This document shows positions 1 through 13,400 of a stretch of 64,000 nucleotides of DNA, piece after piece. Position 1 is the stretch's first letter. Each line of letters starts with the position of its first letter. The translations under genes were made by a program, and so were the position numbers. The DNA is taken from NCBI RefSeq assembly GCF_036365525.1, contig NC_090414.1, positions 21,103,846 through 21,167,845 of the forward strand, read 5' to 3'. A model generated the notes under the pieces. That model saw nothing but the letters and a program-made list of their open reading frames with translations, ran no database searches and was not told the origin of the DNA. Origin of the DNA: Heterodontus francisci (taxonomy: Eukaryota).

Positions 1-735
1 CTGTTTTTTTTTTATTTAAAAGAAAAAAGAGAAATCATATTTGGAACAACCCCCGCACAGACACTGCGTGGCCCAAGATAATGAACATACGTTGATGCAA
101 TCATTGAGGCACTGAATCAGAGGAGAGTGGATTCTGCACACACTCCGGGAATGATTTCTGATCACCGCAGAGCAGAATCCTGTCAAGAACAGCCCTTTGC
201 GTGCGTCAAGCAAGACTATTCAACTGTGGGGATCGTCACCTCCCACCTGATTGGGCCCTCAATGGAAGCATCCTCGCGCGCGCACAAGCCCTTACACACT
301 TGACAGCTAGCATCCATGCAGATAGGATGTTTGAATCGAGTGTGCACACTCCCAAATGTTAGGCAGGTAAAATAAGTCATCGCAAGATCGCCACTTGTGG
401 ACCCCCCCACCCCCCACCGCCCACCGCGCGCGTCACAGTGAAGTGTTGCATCGTTAGGAGGGGCTGCGGCCAACGTCCAAGCCCAGTCCAGAGGCTCAGC
501 CAACCCCTAGAGGCGCACGCATTCCCAGAAGGAGCAGTGACCGGCAGCAAGAACCTCTGGCTGATTCCTCCCTCCCCACAAAGGCAGAGGCAAACTGCAG
601 CTCGTGCTCCCACCGAGGTTGGAACCTTCCAGGGCGCACAGCTCAACACAGAACTGCGAGGGGCCTCGGGGGGGGGGGGGGGGGACGTGGCGAGGCAGCG
701 AAGGGCGCGGTTCCCCGCCTGCCGGGAGCAGCTAC

Positions 736-951
736 CTTTATCGTCGGGCAGATACTGGAACTCCATGGCGTCGCTGACTTCCTTGTCCGACGGGCGGCGG
801 AGCTGCATGTGGACTGTGACGGGCTGGCTCAGCGTCACGTCCCTGTAGGGCGGGGTCTTGAACACAATGGCCACCTGCCTGTGGACGTCTGCCTGAGAGA
901 AGGACCCCTTCCCTTCCCAGTCGTTGGTGAAGAATCGCACCTCAATATCCT
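736..951 (-). CDS. RELA: RELA (NF-kB p65) coding exon 8, IPT domain; gene continues beyond position 1
   Basis: [36 protein letters not shown]...[23 protein letters not shown]; cag acceptor at 952-953, gtag donor at 735; phase 1/1. Confidence 0.93.
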
Positions 952-1222
952 CTGATCGCGGAGGGGGGGGGACGCGGGATGGCGGAGGGAGAGAGAAGAA
1001 CATGGGTTACAGCTGGCCTTCCACCTCACCCAAACCCACCCCCTTCACTCCCCACCCACCCACATCCCATGAGGCATCGGCCCATTGCACAGGGACAATT
1101 TTCATGCCCTTCCCAAGTCCGGGATGGATTTGACCATGTCCGGTTTAAACTGCTCATATCACCCACTCCCGCCAGCAGGCCGAGCCAGAACCCGTCTTCC
1201 CCACACACAATATTCCAATCAC

Positions 1223-1327
1223 CTTTCTGAACTTTGTCACACAGCAGAAAGATCTCCTCTCCGCCCTTACAGCTCCCAGAGTTCTTGTTCACACGACAGA
1301 TCTTCAGCTCTGCGGTGTTCGGGGCCC
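1223..1327 (-). CDS. RELA: RELA coding exon 7
   Basis: [35 protein letters not shown]; 105 nt, AG/GT boundaries. Confidence 0.95.
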
Positions 1328-1383
1328 CTGAAATCGGAGAAAGTAATCCCTTCAAAACGCTGGCCATTATCGCACAAGGCGAT

Positions 1384-1748
1384 GTTAGATACAGAGTAAA
1401 GCTCCCTCTACACTGTCCCCATCAAACACTCCCAGGACAGGTACAGCACAGGGGTTAGATACAGAGTAAAGCTCCCTCTACACTGTCCCCATCAAACACT
1501 CCCAGGACAGGGACAGCACGGGGTTAGATACAGAGTAAAGCTCCCTCTACACTGTCCCCATCAAAAAAAAAAAGACGGGGGTTAGATACAGAGTAAAGCT
1601 CCCTCTACACTGTCCCCCATCAAACACTCCCAGGACAGGTACAGCACGGGGTTAGATACAGAGTAAAGCTCCCTCTACACTGTCCCCATCAAACACTCCC
1701 AGGACAGGTACAGCACGGGGTTAGATACAGAGTAAAGCTTCCCCTCAA
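1384..1748 (+). repeat. ~69-bp minisatellite (Tx1 target repeat), about 5 units, in a RELA intron
   Basis: Unit GGGGTTAGATACAGAGTAAAGCTCCCTCTACACTGTCCCCATCAAACACTCCCAGGACAGGTACAGCAC. Confidence 0.95.
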
Positions 1749-1800
1749 ACTGAGATGGAGACAGTCTGGTACCCGTTTCTACGGTGATTCTCCTACTCAC

Positions 1801-1941
1801 GGTTGTCATAGATTGGGTTGGAGACGACAGGCGGAAGGGGCGCTTTGCAAATCCCAAGCTCGTTGGGAAGAAAGACTTGGAAGCAGAGCCGGACCACGTT
1901 CAAATCTTCCTCTGTCTCGTTCATCAACTCCTCTGGTGAGA
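1801..1941 (-). CDS. RELA: RELA coding exon 6
   Basis: [14 protein letters not shown]...[14 protein letters not shown]; ttgcag acceptor, gtgagt donor. Confidence 0.93.
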
Positions 1942-2214
1942 CTGCAACGTACACAAGATGCCACGGATTAATCAAGAGAGCAGCAGATCCTGAGCAATTG
2001 GGTTGGGTTTGGGGGGGGAGGGGGCCGAGATTTATTCATTCCCAGGCCTCTGGTAATTAGTGCCAGTGGGCCCACTGCCTCCCCAGCCCCACCTCTCACC
2101 ACTACCCTGCGCCACCAAGTCGCACAAACTCAAAGGATTGCAGTTTTGTTGCCCCGTCAGCACCGCCGCCCGCAGTCGAATAGTCAGCCGACGCCATTGG
2201 TCCGAGGTACTCAC

Positions 2215-2306
2215 TGTTGAAGGGGTTGATGTTCTTGTTGAGCCGACTCTGGATGGCGATCGCCACCTCGCGCTTCTTCACGCACTGAATACCCAGGTTC
2301 TGGAAG
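2215..2306 (-). CDS. RELA: RELA coding exon 5
   Basis: [31 protein letters not shown]; 92 nt, AG/GT boundaries. Confidence 0.95.
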
Positions 2307-2499
2307 CTGGAGCACAAAGAGAGGAGGGAGAGGGTTAGGTGTCAACAGGCAGCCCCAGGGCCCCGCTCCGTGACCCCTGAACCCTGCCATTCCCCCCCCC
2401 TCCCTTCGCAGCCCACCCAAGTCCCTCGACCCCACTGGCCCTTCAATCCCTACCTTCCCCCCCCCCTCATCTCTCATACCTCCTTCCCCCTGCACAAAC

Positions 2500-2645
2500 C
2501 TGTGGATGCTCCTCTCAGGCAGCTCAGCCTCGTAGTATCCATCCTTGCAATCTTTCCCGACCAAGTCATGGGGGTGGGGCTTGTACGGTTCCTTTTTGGT
2601 GACGAGGCAGATTCGGATCTTGGCCGGGCCGACGTAGTTCACGAT
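2500..2645 (-). CDS. RELA: RELA coding exon 4
   Basis: [48 protein letters not shown]; AG/GT boundaries. Confidence 0.95.
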
Positions 2646-3037
2646 CTGAACCGCAAGCGGTTAAGAAAGAAAAAAAAAACACACACCGTGCAATTAACAG
2701 CAGCTCACCTGGCTCTCATTGGCGAACCCATTCTCGGGAGGAGACCGTCACCGGCAAGGCAGGGCATTGATTGATACAATGCAGTGGCACATTAACGTAA
2801 CCAGCCCTCAATAAAGGCCGCGTGGTTAAATGACCCGCCCAGTGAGGGACTGAGGCCCACACACACACACACACACACACGCAGCGCGAGTAGGGCCCTG
2901 CGACGGCCCCCCACAGTCAAATAGCTTGCTCACACATGAAGGTCTGGCCTCCCTGGAACAGCACCCGTGGAACCCAGACCCCAGCGAGAGAGAGCCCCTT
3001 GCAGAGAGGGAGGGGTGGGAAACCGGAACATCGAACA

Positions 3038-3470
3038 ATAGAAAGAAGTTACATTTCGATAGCGCCTTTCACCACCTCAGGATATCCCAAAGCGCTTTTC
3101 AGCCAATGAAGTATTTCCTGTTGCATTAGTCACTGTGGTAACGTAGGAAACATTGCAGCCAATTTGTGCACAGCAAGCTCCCACAAGCAGCGACATGATA
3201 ATGAGCAGAAAATCTGTAAATATTCTTCAGGACACTGCGGGGAAGCTCTCCGCTTTTTCTTTCCATTTGTGGCCGCAGGATCTTTGACATCCAACTGAGC
3301 GTGCCTCGGTTTAATGGGTCGTCAGAAAGATAGCCCCCTCTGACAGTGCAGCACTCACGCAGTACTGCACTGGGAGTGTCGGCCTGGATTGTGTGCTCAG
3401 GGCTCTGGGGCTCGAACCGACAAACCTTCTGACCCAGAGGCGCGACTGCTACCCGCTGAGCCATGGCTGA
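3038..3470 (-). mobile_element. Shark tRNA-derived SINE (SacSINE1/DeuSINE-like; family name tentative)
   Basis: Core gcacagcaagatcccacaaacagcaatgtgataatgacc and a B-box-like head; related copies near 7750-8250, 10390-10540, 13420-13680, 22706-23200, 25800-25960, 30990-31130, 32690-33010, 43680-44040, 44810-45160, 47280-47610, 54730-54950. Confidence 0.65.
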
Positions 3471-3549
3471 CAGCTCAATGCAGGGTCAGGGGGGTGGTGG
3501 TGAGAAATCGGCGCCGGTCAGACAGCCCCTCGCTTGCTCTGTGCCTTAC

Positions 3550-3706
3550 CTCAATAGCTGGGTAGGTCCTCGTGCTGTCAGTGCTCTTCTCCCCAGGGAT
3601 GCTCCCGGCCGACCGCCCCTCACACTTGTACCGGAAACGCATCCCTCGTTGTTTGGGTTGTTCCAGGATCCGGATATAAGGAGCTGCCGGGGGAAGAGCA
3701 CGAGAT
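3550..3706 (-). CDS. RELA: RELA coding exon 3, DNA-recognition loop
   Basis: [44 protein letters not shown]; gtaag donor. Acceptor at 3707 fits the phase of the upstream exons; an alternative acceptor exists at 3684. Confidence 0.9.
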
Positions 3707-3829
3707 CTGTGAGGAACCGCTCGGAAAACTAACCCCCCCCCCCACCCCGAAAAGTAAAACGCTGAAACAAGTGGAGCTTAGAAAGTGCTGCCAAACGGAA
3801 TTGTGGTAAAAGATTGATCACAGACTAAC

Positions 3830-3866
3830 CTGTACTGACAGCTGAGGGCCATTGTGTCGATCCTAT
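3830..3866 (-). CDS. RELA: RELA probable small coding exon 2 (37 nt)
   Basis: ttcag acceptor and gttag donor; joins exon 1 (phase 1) to exon 3 in frame: [29 protein letters not shown]. Confidence 0.6.
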
Positions 3867-4059
3867 CTGAAGGAAACCTACGGGGGGAGGTGGGGGAAGG
3901 AAAAAGGAAAAAAGAGGTTACTGGGAAATGTGTTTCCATCGCTGGTTCCAAACTCGAAGGATGGCTTCAAGTCTCAGGACTTAATTATTTTGGACTAGAG
4001 TTGCCGGTTGAGCCAGAGTCACGACACAGACCAGTCATGCTGCAACGGAATGGTATAGC

Positions 4060-4470
4060 AGGCTCGAGGCCTCGATTTTAACATTCTCATCCTTGCGTTC
4101 AAATCCCTCCATGGCCTCACCCCCACCTCCGTAACCTCCTCCAGCCCCTACAACCCTCCGAGGTCTCTGCGTTCTTCCAATTCCGCCCTCCTGTCCATCC
4201 CCCGATTTCCATCGCTCCACCATTGGCGGCCGTGTCTTCAGCTGCCTGGGGGGCCCCCAAGCTCTGGAATCCCCTCCCTAAACCTCTCCGCCCCTCCCTC
4301 TCTGCTTGAACACACTCCTTTAAAATCTACCTCTTTGGCCGAGCTTTTGGTCGCCCGTCCCTAATATGTGGCTTGGGGTCAAATTTTGTCTGATTTACGC
4401 TTCTGTGACGTGCCTTCGGACATTTTACGACGTTAAAGCCGCTATATTAATGAAAGTTGTTGTTGTTGTA
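4060..4470 (+). mobile_element. L2/CR1-group LINE 3' end fragment
   Basis: Ends in a (GTT)n tail; near-identical copies at 9890-10270 (+) and 41880-42500 (-). Confidence 0.6.
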
Positions 4471-5499
4471 AATCTAGGCCTGAACTGACTCCCAACTGGA
4501 CACAGAGAAACCTCTGAATGAACTGTGTGGACCTGGGACTGCTGTCCACAAGCAGTGGCCCACCCCCACCAGGGTCCTAGTGCCCGCCGTTTGGCCTTGC
4601 ACTGGCCCAGCGGCATGGCATGCTTCTTTCTCGTCCATGGCCGCACCTGCCTCCCTCTGAACCGTGCACTTCACAGAGGGCAGGGGATGCACTGCCCGAT
4701 GGTACACTCAGGTAGAGCCCACAGTCCGTGGAAACCCACAAGGTGGCAAAGAACTAAAGTCAGAGACTGCGTTTAACCTGGCCTGTCCCTTTAATGCCAC
4801 TAGACTGCGTACCTCCCATGAGGGATATGGGTCTGAATTGCAGTTGTAAACATCTAAGGTCAATTAGAGGGCAATTATAGTTGTTTGTAAACATCTGAGG
4901 TCAAATGGAGAGTAATTAGTATCCGAGATCAATTAGAGGGCAACAGTACCTGCTTGAAAAGTGTCTGAGGTTAATTACAGGGCCCTCAAGCATAGCAGGT
5001 TATTCAACTCATGAACCTGTGCAAGTGGTTTTCTTCATTTAAAGCACCCACTCTAATTCCCACCCTCCAGTTCACTTCTTAAACCTTTTAATATTACACC
5101 TTGTCTGCTCCCTCTACACTGTCCCCCTTCAAACACTGCCAAAGACAGATGCCCAGACGCATAGGGAAACTTGAAGAGGAGGGAGGGTAAATCTGATTGA
5201 TTAAAGATACTATTACAACATTAGTAAGAGAGGATATAGCTATGAGAAAGCAATCAGCGGAGATTCTATAGTCCATTTTGTGGAGCAAGAGGACTTAAAA
5301 ACTGCATTATCTACAGGCTTTCTGAAAACAACACTGAAGTAGCAGAATGTTTTAATTTGGAGCTTAGTAAATCTTGTAGCAGCAGCAGCAAAGTTGTTTT
5401 AATGGGAGACTTTACTTTTCATTCAGACTGGGAAGAGCAGACTAGTTCAAGTCAGGGAGGTAGTGAACTACTTGAGTCTATTCCCAACTGGAATACCCT

Positions 5500-6850
5500 C
5501 TCAGTTCCAGTATCATTCTAATATTGAAGTTCATTTGCCAGTTACACACCCATTCTGCAAGTTATGAATGTTGTCCTGTATTTCAATCGCAGCCCTCCTC
5601 AGTATTAAACACATCACAAATTTGGTGTAATTTCCAAATTATGAAATTGTATTCTCAAGTCCAATATTGTTTTACATAAAGGGTGAATATCAGTGGTTCC
5701 AGCACTGATCCATGTGGAACACCACTTCTCGCCATTTGTCAATCTGCTTAGCTACCTTTAAACCCTACTCTCTGTTTTCTGTTTTGTAGCCAGCTTGCTA
5801 TACATTCTGCTACTTGTCCACTGACTCCACATGTTCTGACCTTAATCACAAGTCTACTATGCGCCAACTTATCGAAGACTTTTTGGAAATATATTACATC
5901 CACCCTTTTTGGAAATCCAAATATATTACGTCAACTGCAATACCCTTATCTACCCTTTTTGGAAATCCAAATATATCACATCTACTGCAATACCCTTATT
6001 TAGCCTTTCTCTTCTTTCATCAAAGAAGTCAACAAGGTTGCTCAAGACTGACCTTTGCTTTATGAATCCATGCTGACTACTCGATTATATTTTTGGTTTC
6101 CGCAAGTTTCTCTATTACATTTTTGAGTAAGGATTCCATTATCTTTCCTATTGACATTAAGCTATAGCTCCCGAGACTTGTCCTATCTCCCACTTTAAAT
6201 ATCATATTAGCTGTCTGCCAGTCCTCTAGCACTATTCCTTTTCCTAATGAATTTTTATATGTGTGTGATCGTGCCTCTGCTCTTTTAATATGCACAGATA
6301 CAATCCATCTGGACAAGGAGTTTTATCCTCACTAAGATTGATCAGTTTATCAAATATCTCCCTCCTTTATCTTAAACGTCTTTATCTTTTCTTGATATCT
6401 TCTTCTAATGGTATGTCCACCACATTAGTCTCCCTGGTAAACGTCGAGGGAAGGTAACTGGTGAGTATTTCTGCCATGTCACTTTGTTAAATTTTAAATA
6501 TTATCCATTAGCCAATTAGGAATTGATTGGTAGATAGAGAGAATCTACCTGCTGGTCGTGGGAGGGGAGGGAGTCCTTAAAATTAGAGCCAGGGCATTCA
6601 GGACAGAAGCAGAGAAACACCTCTTCACACGAAGGGTGAGAGAAGTGTGGACATCTCTCCCACAAAAAAGCAGTGGAGCTCGCTCAATTGATCATTTTCA
6701 AACTGAGACCGGTAGATTTTTTGCTAGCCCTCGGTATAAAAGGACATGGAGTTAAGGCAGGTGGGAGAGCTTTCACATACACTTCAGCCATGATCTCACT
6801 AAATGGTCGAATGTGCTCGAGGGGCTGAATGGCCTCCTCCTGTTCCTATG
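5500..6850. mobile_element. Decayed CR1-type LINE fragments
   Basis: RT-like remnants on the minus strand (IVLEDWQTAN...SLMSIGKIMES) and a CR1 3' tail ggggctgaatggcctcctcctgttcct at ~6820. Confidence 0.65.
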
Positions 6851-6980
6851 TTAGATACAGGGTAAAGTTCCCGCCACAATATCCCATCAAACACTCCCAG
6901 GACAGGTACAGCACGGGGTTAGATACAGAGTTTTTTTTAAAAAAGGGGTTAGATACAGAATAAAGCTCCCTCTACACTGC
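6851..6980 (+). repeat. ~69-bp target repeat, about 1.5 degenerate units, RELA intron 1
   Basis: gttagatacagggtaaagttccc...caggacaggtacagcacggggttagatacagag. Confidence 0.85.
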
Positions 6981-6984
6981 CAGC

Positions 6985-7365
6985 ACAGCGCTCCCTCAGT
7001 ACTGACCCTCCGACAGCGCGGCGCTCCTTCAGCACTGACCCTCCGACAGCGCGGTGCTCCCTCAGCACTGACCCTCCGACAGCACGGTGCTCCCTCAGCA
7101 CTGACCCTCCGACAGCGCGGCGCTCCCTCAGCACTGACCCTCCGACAGCGCGGCGCTCCCTCAGCACTGACCCTCCGACAGCGCGGCGCTCCCTCAGCAC
7201 TGACCCTCCGACAGCGCGGCGCTCCCTCAGCACTGACCCTCCGACAGCGCGGTGCTCCCTCAGCACTGACCCTCCGACAGCGCGGTGCTCCCTCAGCACT
7301 GACCCTCCGACAGCGCGGTGCTCCCTCAGCACTGACCCTCCGACAGCGCGGCGCTCCCTCAGCAC
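6985..7365 (+). repeat. 33-bp tandem repeat, 11-12 copies, expanded inside a SINE
   Basis: Unit CAGCGCGGCGCTCCCTCAGCACTGACCCTCCGA, continuing into SINE sequence at 7366. Confidence 0.9.
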
Positions 7366-8852
7366 CGGGAGTGTCGGCCTGGATTGTGGGCTGAAGTCAC
7401 CGGACTGGGACTCGAACCCACGACCTTTGATTCAAGAGGGGAAAGGAACACCAACTGACATAAACCGATACCTGCAGTTAGATACACTGCTCAATTCCGT
7501 AAGAATTCCAAGACAGAAACGGGACCATTCAGCCTCACCAGTCCATGTTCGTGTTTATATATGAGCAGTCTCCGAATCCCATATACCCACACTATTCCCT
7601 TTAAACCCCTTTCGTTTAAACCACCTATCCAGCCTCTGCTTAAATACTGCCCCGATTTCGATTTCAGTCACCAACTCCAGTACTACATTCCACATCACAA
7701 CCCTCTGTCCTAAATCTCTTGCATATAACCTTATAATCTTAAAGACTTTCATTTCTACAGCACTAGCCACAATTTCGGGACATCCTAAAGCACTTTACAG
7801 ACAATGAAGTACATTTTGAAGTGTAGTCACTATTGTAAATGTAGGAAACACGACAGCCATTTTTGCGCACAGCAAGATCCCACAAACAGCAATGTGATAA
7901 TGACCCAGATCATTTTTTTTTTAAAGTGATGTTGGTTGAGGGATAAATATTGGCCCCAGGACACCGGGGAGAACCCCCACCCCCCCCCCCCATCCCCTGC
8001 TCTTCTTCCAATAGCGGCCATGGGCTTAGAGTAAAGCTCCCTCCTTGCTACCCCCCCCCCCCCCCCCCCCCCGAGGGGGCAGGCAGGGCCTCTGTTTAAC
8101 GCCTCATCCGAAAGAGGGCACCTCCGACAGTGTCGCGCCCCCTCGGGAGCGAGGGCGCGGACTCTGCGCTCAAGCCCCCCCCCCCCCCCCCCCGGAGTGG
8201 GACCCCAACCCACAGCCTTCCGAGGCAGGAGAGCTTACCCACTGATCCACAAAGGCCCAGTTTCCATCTTTCCCTCCCAGCGCTCACAAATGTTTCCCCG
8301 TGCCCTGGTAACCACAGGCTGGTGAATCAGGCCGCCTCCTCCCCCTCACATCCTGCTGTGTGCAGTTCCCTCGCACTCCCACCCACACCTTCCAAATCAA
8401 AACGCGCAAGACAATCCCCCTCCTTCGAGAAAAAAAAATAAGACATATAAAAACAAACCCTGATCGAGCTTCAGACCCGCTTGTAAACAGACAGGCAGCG
8501 TGAGACTGAGCACGCAGTCTTTAAAAGGGAAGTCAGATGCACAGAAACTTGGGCCCTACTCTGAGCCTCCAGGAGGGGAGGACAGAGGAAAATTAGCAGC
8601 AAATGAACAACGAGAGAGTCAAAACCTCCCAAGGAGGGACAGGTTGCTGCAAATGACAGACACCAGGAAAGAAAGTGCTCTCTTTTTTTCTTTAAAAAAA
8701 AAACACACACACACAAACGAAAGAGACGGGGGGAATCTGCAGACAGAAAGTAACAAGAGCCAGCAGACAGTCCAGGAGGAGGAAGACTGGTCATTTGATG
8801 GCGGGGGTAGAAATGCCTGGGCGTGATTTGAAAGGCTGGAAGACACACTAAC

Positions 8853-8859
8853 CTTCCAT
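8853..8859 (-). CDS. RELA: RELA probable first coding exon (ATG GAA G)
   Basis: ATGGAAG followed by gttagt donor; mammalian RELA also starts with a 7-nt coding segment; promoter motifs lie ~200 bp upstream. Confidence 0.6.
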
Positions 8860-9029
8860 TTGGGGTCCGGAGGGTGGGATGGGGGGTCCAGGTATCCAGG
8901 GAGGGAGAGAGGGAAGGGATGTGAGGGCGCTGAATCTGCAGCTTTACAGCAGGGTGAAGGGAAAAGGGGGGGGGGAGGAGGAGAGAAGTCGCAAACACCC
9001 CGCGTCAATTTCTCCTATTATTTATTGAA

Positions 9030-9130
9030 ACAAACACGGAAATGCCCAGACGCCTGACGTCAGCGCCGTAAAGGAACCCTCGTCACAATGTAACAACGTT
9101 CTGCAACAATGTATCCGGCGCCCCGCGTTC
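9030..9130 (-). promoter_or_regulatory. Probable RELA promoter
   Basis: Palindromic CRE TGACGTCA at 9055-9062, ETS-like CGGAAAT at 9037-9043, locally CpG-rich. Confidence 0.45.
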
Positions 9131-9399
9131 CAGCAGCCCTGGGACGGGTTCATTCATAAAAAAATAATAATAAACATATATAGAGATATATCTCGACACA
9201 TGCCCGCCCCGCAACAGAATCTTGACAGCGCAGAAGGAGGCCCTTCGGCCCCTCGGCTCTGCTCTGGCTCTGGGAAAGAGCAATTTACCCTGTGCCACTC
9301 CCCTGCCTTCTCTCCCCTCCCCCTCACCACCTTGCATGTTCTTCCTTTTCAGATAGCAACCCAATTCTCTCTCTCTCGACTGCCTCCACCACACTCTCT

Positions 9400-9880
9400 C
9401 AGGCAGATACTAAACACTGGCTGCGTGAAAAAGCTTCCCCCCCCCCCCCATCCATGTCGCCATTGCTTCTTTTTGCCAGTTACCTGTGCCCTCTTGTTGT
9501 CGGTCCTTCCCCCACCCCAATGGGAACTGTTTCTCCCTATCTGCCCTGTACAGAACCTCCCCCACCCCACTCATGATTTTGAACACCTCTATCAAATCTT
9601 CTCTCAACCTTCTCTCCAAGGAAAACTGTCCCAACTTCTCCAGGTCTATCCACATAACAAGTTCCTCATCCCTGGAACCATTCTCATGAATCTTTCCTGC
9701 ATCCCCTCTTTCTGAAAGTGTGGCACCCAGAACTGCACAATACTCCAGCTGAGGCTGTGCTAGTGTCCTATACAAGTTTAACATAACTTCCTGGCTCTTG
9801 TACTCCTATTAATGAAGCCCAGGACACTGTACGCTTTATTAACTGCTCTCTCAACCTGTCCTGCCACCTTCAAAGACTTA
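9400..9880 (-). mobile_element. CR1 LINE 3' ORF2 fragment
   Basis: MLNLYRTLAQPQLEYC...LERRLREDLIEVFKIM. Confidence 0.75.
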
Positions 9881-10556
9881 TGCACAGCAATGCCTCCATT
9901 TTAACATTCTCATCCTTGTGTTCAAATCCCACCGTGACTTCCTCACCCCCTCCCCATCTCTGTAACCTCCTACAACCCACCGAGACCTCTGTGCTGCTCC
10001 AATTCTGACCTCTTGCGCGTCCCCGATTCCCATCGCTCCACCATTGGCGGCCGTGCCTTCAGCTGCCTGGGGGCCCCTAAGCTCTGGAGTTCCCTCCCTA
10101 AACCTCTCCACCTCTCTCTCTCCTCCTTTAAGACGCTCCTTACAGCCACCCTCTTTGACCGAGCTTTTGGTCACCTGTCCCTAATATCTCTTCACATACA
10201 AGGGGTCAAATTTTGTTTCATATGCTCCTGTGATGCACCTTGGGTGACTTACTATGTTAAAAATGCTGTATTAAAAGGGGAGAGGAATAAAACCTGGTAA
10301 CTACAGGCCAATCAGTCTAATAGCCAATATAAGTGGTGGGGTGACTAGTAGAGAGACCATTGTCAAGGACAAAATTTATTCTCACTTGAAAAAAAGAAAA
10401 ACTTTCATTTATGTAGCACCTTTCACGACCACCAGATGTTTCAAAGTCAATGCAGTGTAGTCACTGTTGTAATACAGGAAACACAGTATGCGCACAGCAA
10501 GATCCAACAAACAGCAATGTGATAACGGCCAAATCATCTGGTTTTATATATATAGA

Positions 10557-10853
10557 GATACAGCACTGAAACAGGCCCTTCGGCCCACCGAGTCTGTGCA
10601 GACCAACAACCAACCATTTTATACTAACCCTACAGTAATTCCATATTCACTACCACCTACCTACACTAGGGGCAATTTACAATGGCCAATTTACCTATCA
10701 CCTGCAAGTCTTTGGCTGTGGGAGGAAACCAGAGCACCCGGCAAAAACCCACGCGGTCACATGGAGAACTTGCAAACTCCGCACAGGCAGTACCCAGAAT
10801 CGAACCCGGGTCCCTGGAGCTGTGAGGCTGCGGTGCTAACCACTGCGCCACCC
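10557..10853 (-). mobile_element. HE1/V-SINE-like tRNA-derived SINE
   Basis: Minus strand: A box TGGCGCAGTGG, B box GGTTCGATTC, CR1-like tail gggccgaagggcctgtttc. Confidence 0.75.
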
Positions 10854-10859
10854 CACTTT

Positions 10860-13400
10860 GTTAACTCTCGTTTTTAAATATCTATGGAAACTCTTACTAT
10901 ATGTTTTTATATTTCTCGCCAGCCTTCTCTCGTAATCTAATTTTTCACTCCTTATTAATCTTTTAGTCATTCTTTGCTGTTCTTTATATTCTGTCCAATC
11001 ACCTGACCTGCCATCCACCTTTGCGCAATTATATGCTTTTTCTTTCAGTTTGATACTATCTTTAACTTTTTTTTTAGTAAACCACGGATAGTGAGTCTTC
11101 CCCTTGGAATTCTTCTTTCTTGTTGGAATGCAGATATTCCCTGTATTCTGAAATATCCTCTTAATTGTCTGCCACTGCATCTCTATTGACCTATCCCTTC
11201 ACCTAATTTGCCAGTGCTCTTTAGCAAGCTCTGCTTTCATGCGTTTTACGTTTGAAATACCAGCCCTGGACCCACTCTTCTCTCCCTCAAACTGAATGTA
11301 AAATCAAACATATTATGATCACTGCTTCCTAGGGGAATCTTCACTTTGAGGTCAATTAATCCTAAGGCGTTGCATCTATTGCAAACTTAATCACAAAGAC
11401 TTGTCCATAGATTTAATTTTACCAACAAGGCTCCTATCCAGCACCTTATCAAACACCTTTGACAATCCATCTACACAACATCCACTGCATTTCCTTTATC
11501 ACTACACTGTTGTTCCCTCAAACAATCCCTGCTGTCTGTCCTGAATTAATCCATTTGACTAACAAATATTGAAATATTTGCTCCACACCCACAGGGTCAT
11601 AGAGTCAGAGTAATTTACTGCACGGAAGGAGGCCATTCAGCCCATCGAGTCTATGATGGCTCTCCATAGAGCTCTCCAGTCAGTCCCACTCCCTGACTCG
11701 ATCCACATAGTGCTGCAAGTTTATTTCCCTCAAGTGACCCACCAACTTCCTCTTGAAGTCAGTGATTGTCTTCTCTTCCACCACACTTGTGGGCAGCGAG
11801 TTCCAGGTCATTACCACCTGCTGTGTAAAAAAAGTTCTTCCTCATATTCCCCCTGTATCTCTTTCCCAAAACCTTCAATCTGTATCCTCTAGTCCTTGTA
11901 CTATTAATTAGTGGGCACAGTTTTTCCTTGTCTGACTCATTTAAGCCTGTCATAACCTTGTACACCTCTGTTAAATCTCCCCTCAATTTCCTTGATTCTG
12001 AGGAGAACAAACTTTTCCAACCTAACCTTGTATCTAAAATCCTCCATCCCTGGAACCATTCTGGTAAATCTCCTCTGCACCCTTTCAAGGACCCTCACAT
12101 CCTTCCTGAAGTGTGGTGACCAGAACTGGATGCAATACTCCAATTCGGGCCTAACGTAGCTTTATAAAGTTTCAGCATAACTTCCCTGCTTTTGTACTCA
12201 ATGCTTCTATTTATGAAGCCCAAGATCCCATATACTTTACTAACCAGTCTCTCAATATGTCCTGCCACCTTCAAAGATCCATGTACGTGCACCTCCAGGT
12301 CCCTCTGTTCCTGCACACTCTTTAGAACTGTACCATTATACATCACCTCACACTTATCAGTATTAAATTCCATCTTCCATCTCTCTCCCCATTCTGCTAG
12401 CCTATCTATGTCCTGTAGGAAGTGGTTCATATCCTCACTGTTTGCCACAGATCCAAGTTTGGTGTCATCGGTAAATTTTGTGATTCTACTCTGTATTCCA
12501 AGATGCAAGTCATTCATATATAAGCAACAATAAAAAATGTAGTAATCCCAACACTGACCCTTGGGGACTACCACTGTCTACCACCCTCCAATCTGAAAAC
12601 ACAACCATTTACACTGACTCGTTTTAGTCCTCGAGCCAATTTCTTATCCAATTAGACACTGACCCTCCAGTTCCATGAGCCTCAATTTTGTTCACCAGCT
12701 TTTTATGTGGTACTTTATCAAACACTTTCTTAAAATCCATATTAACAGCATCCACATTCCCATCATCAAAAAAATCAATTAGATTAGTTAAGCATGATCT
12801 GCCTTTTATAAATCTGTGCTGGATATCCTTAATTAACTGGAACCTCTCCAAGTGTTCATTGATTTTTCCCGCTGATTATTGTTTCTAAAACCTGAGCCAA
12901 TACTGATGTTAAACCAAGTGACCTGTAGTTACTGGGACGGTCCTACACCCTTTCTTGAATAAAGGGGTCATATTTGCCATTCTCCAATCCTCTGGCACCA
13001 CCCCTATATCCAGGGAAGACTGGAAGATTATGGCAAGCCCTTCTGCTACCTCCATCCCCACCTCCTTTAGCAACCTGGGATGCAAACCATCTGGACCAGG
13101 TGACTTATCGACCCGATGCATTGCCAGCCTTTCCAGTAGTTCCCCCTTCTCAATTTTTACCCTATCCATTGCCTCTACTCTCTCCCCTTCTATCGATAGT
13201 GTGTCAGATTCCACTTCCTTTGGTGAACACTGATACAAAATACTCATTAAGTATATTAGCCTTGCTGTGTTTCTAACCATATATTACCCTCTTTGTCCCT
13301 AATAGGCATCACTCCACCTCTTGCTACCCACTTACTATTTAGATGCTGGTAGAAGATTTTTGGTTTACCCTTTTGTGTTGACTGCCGTTCTATTCTCATA
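10860..13400 (-). mobile_element. Long decayed CR1 LINE segments
   Basis: Broken ORF2 motifs: KSPGPDGLHPRLLKEV, VPEDWRMAN, SCLTNL, DFKKVFDKVPH, KFTDDTKL, EYCIQFWSPH. Confidence 0.85.

Noticed and set aside
1-735. Next RELA exon carrying the nuclear localisation signal
   Set aside because: No matching sequence found; it presumably lies outside the window
1384-1748. CRISPR-like appearance of the regular arrays
   Set aside because: Units are contiguous with no unique spacers, there are no cas genes, and the context is eukaryotic introns
6949-7365. Repetitive ORFs here and at 33684-34218, 45350-45598, 55530-56070
   Set aside because: Products of tandem repeats with unit lengths divisible by three inside introns or intergenic DNA
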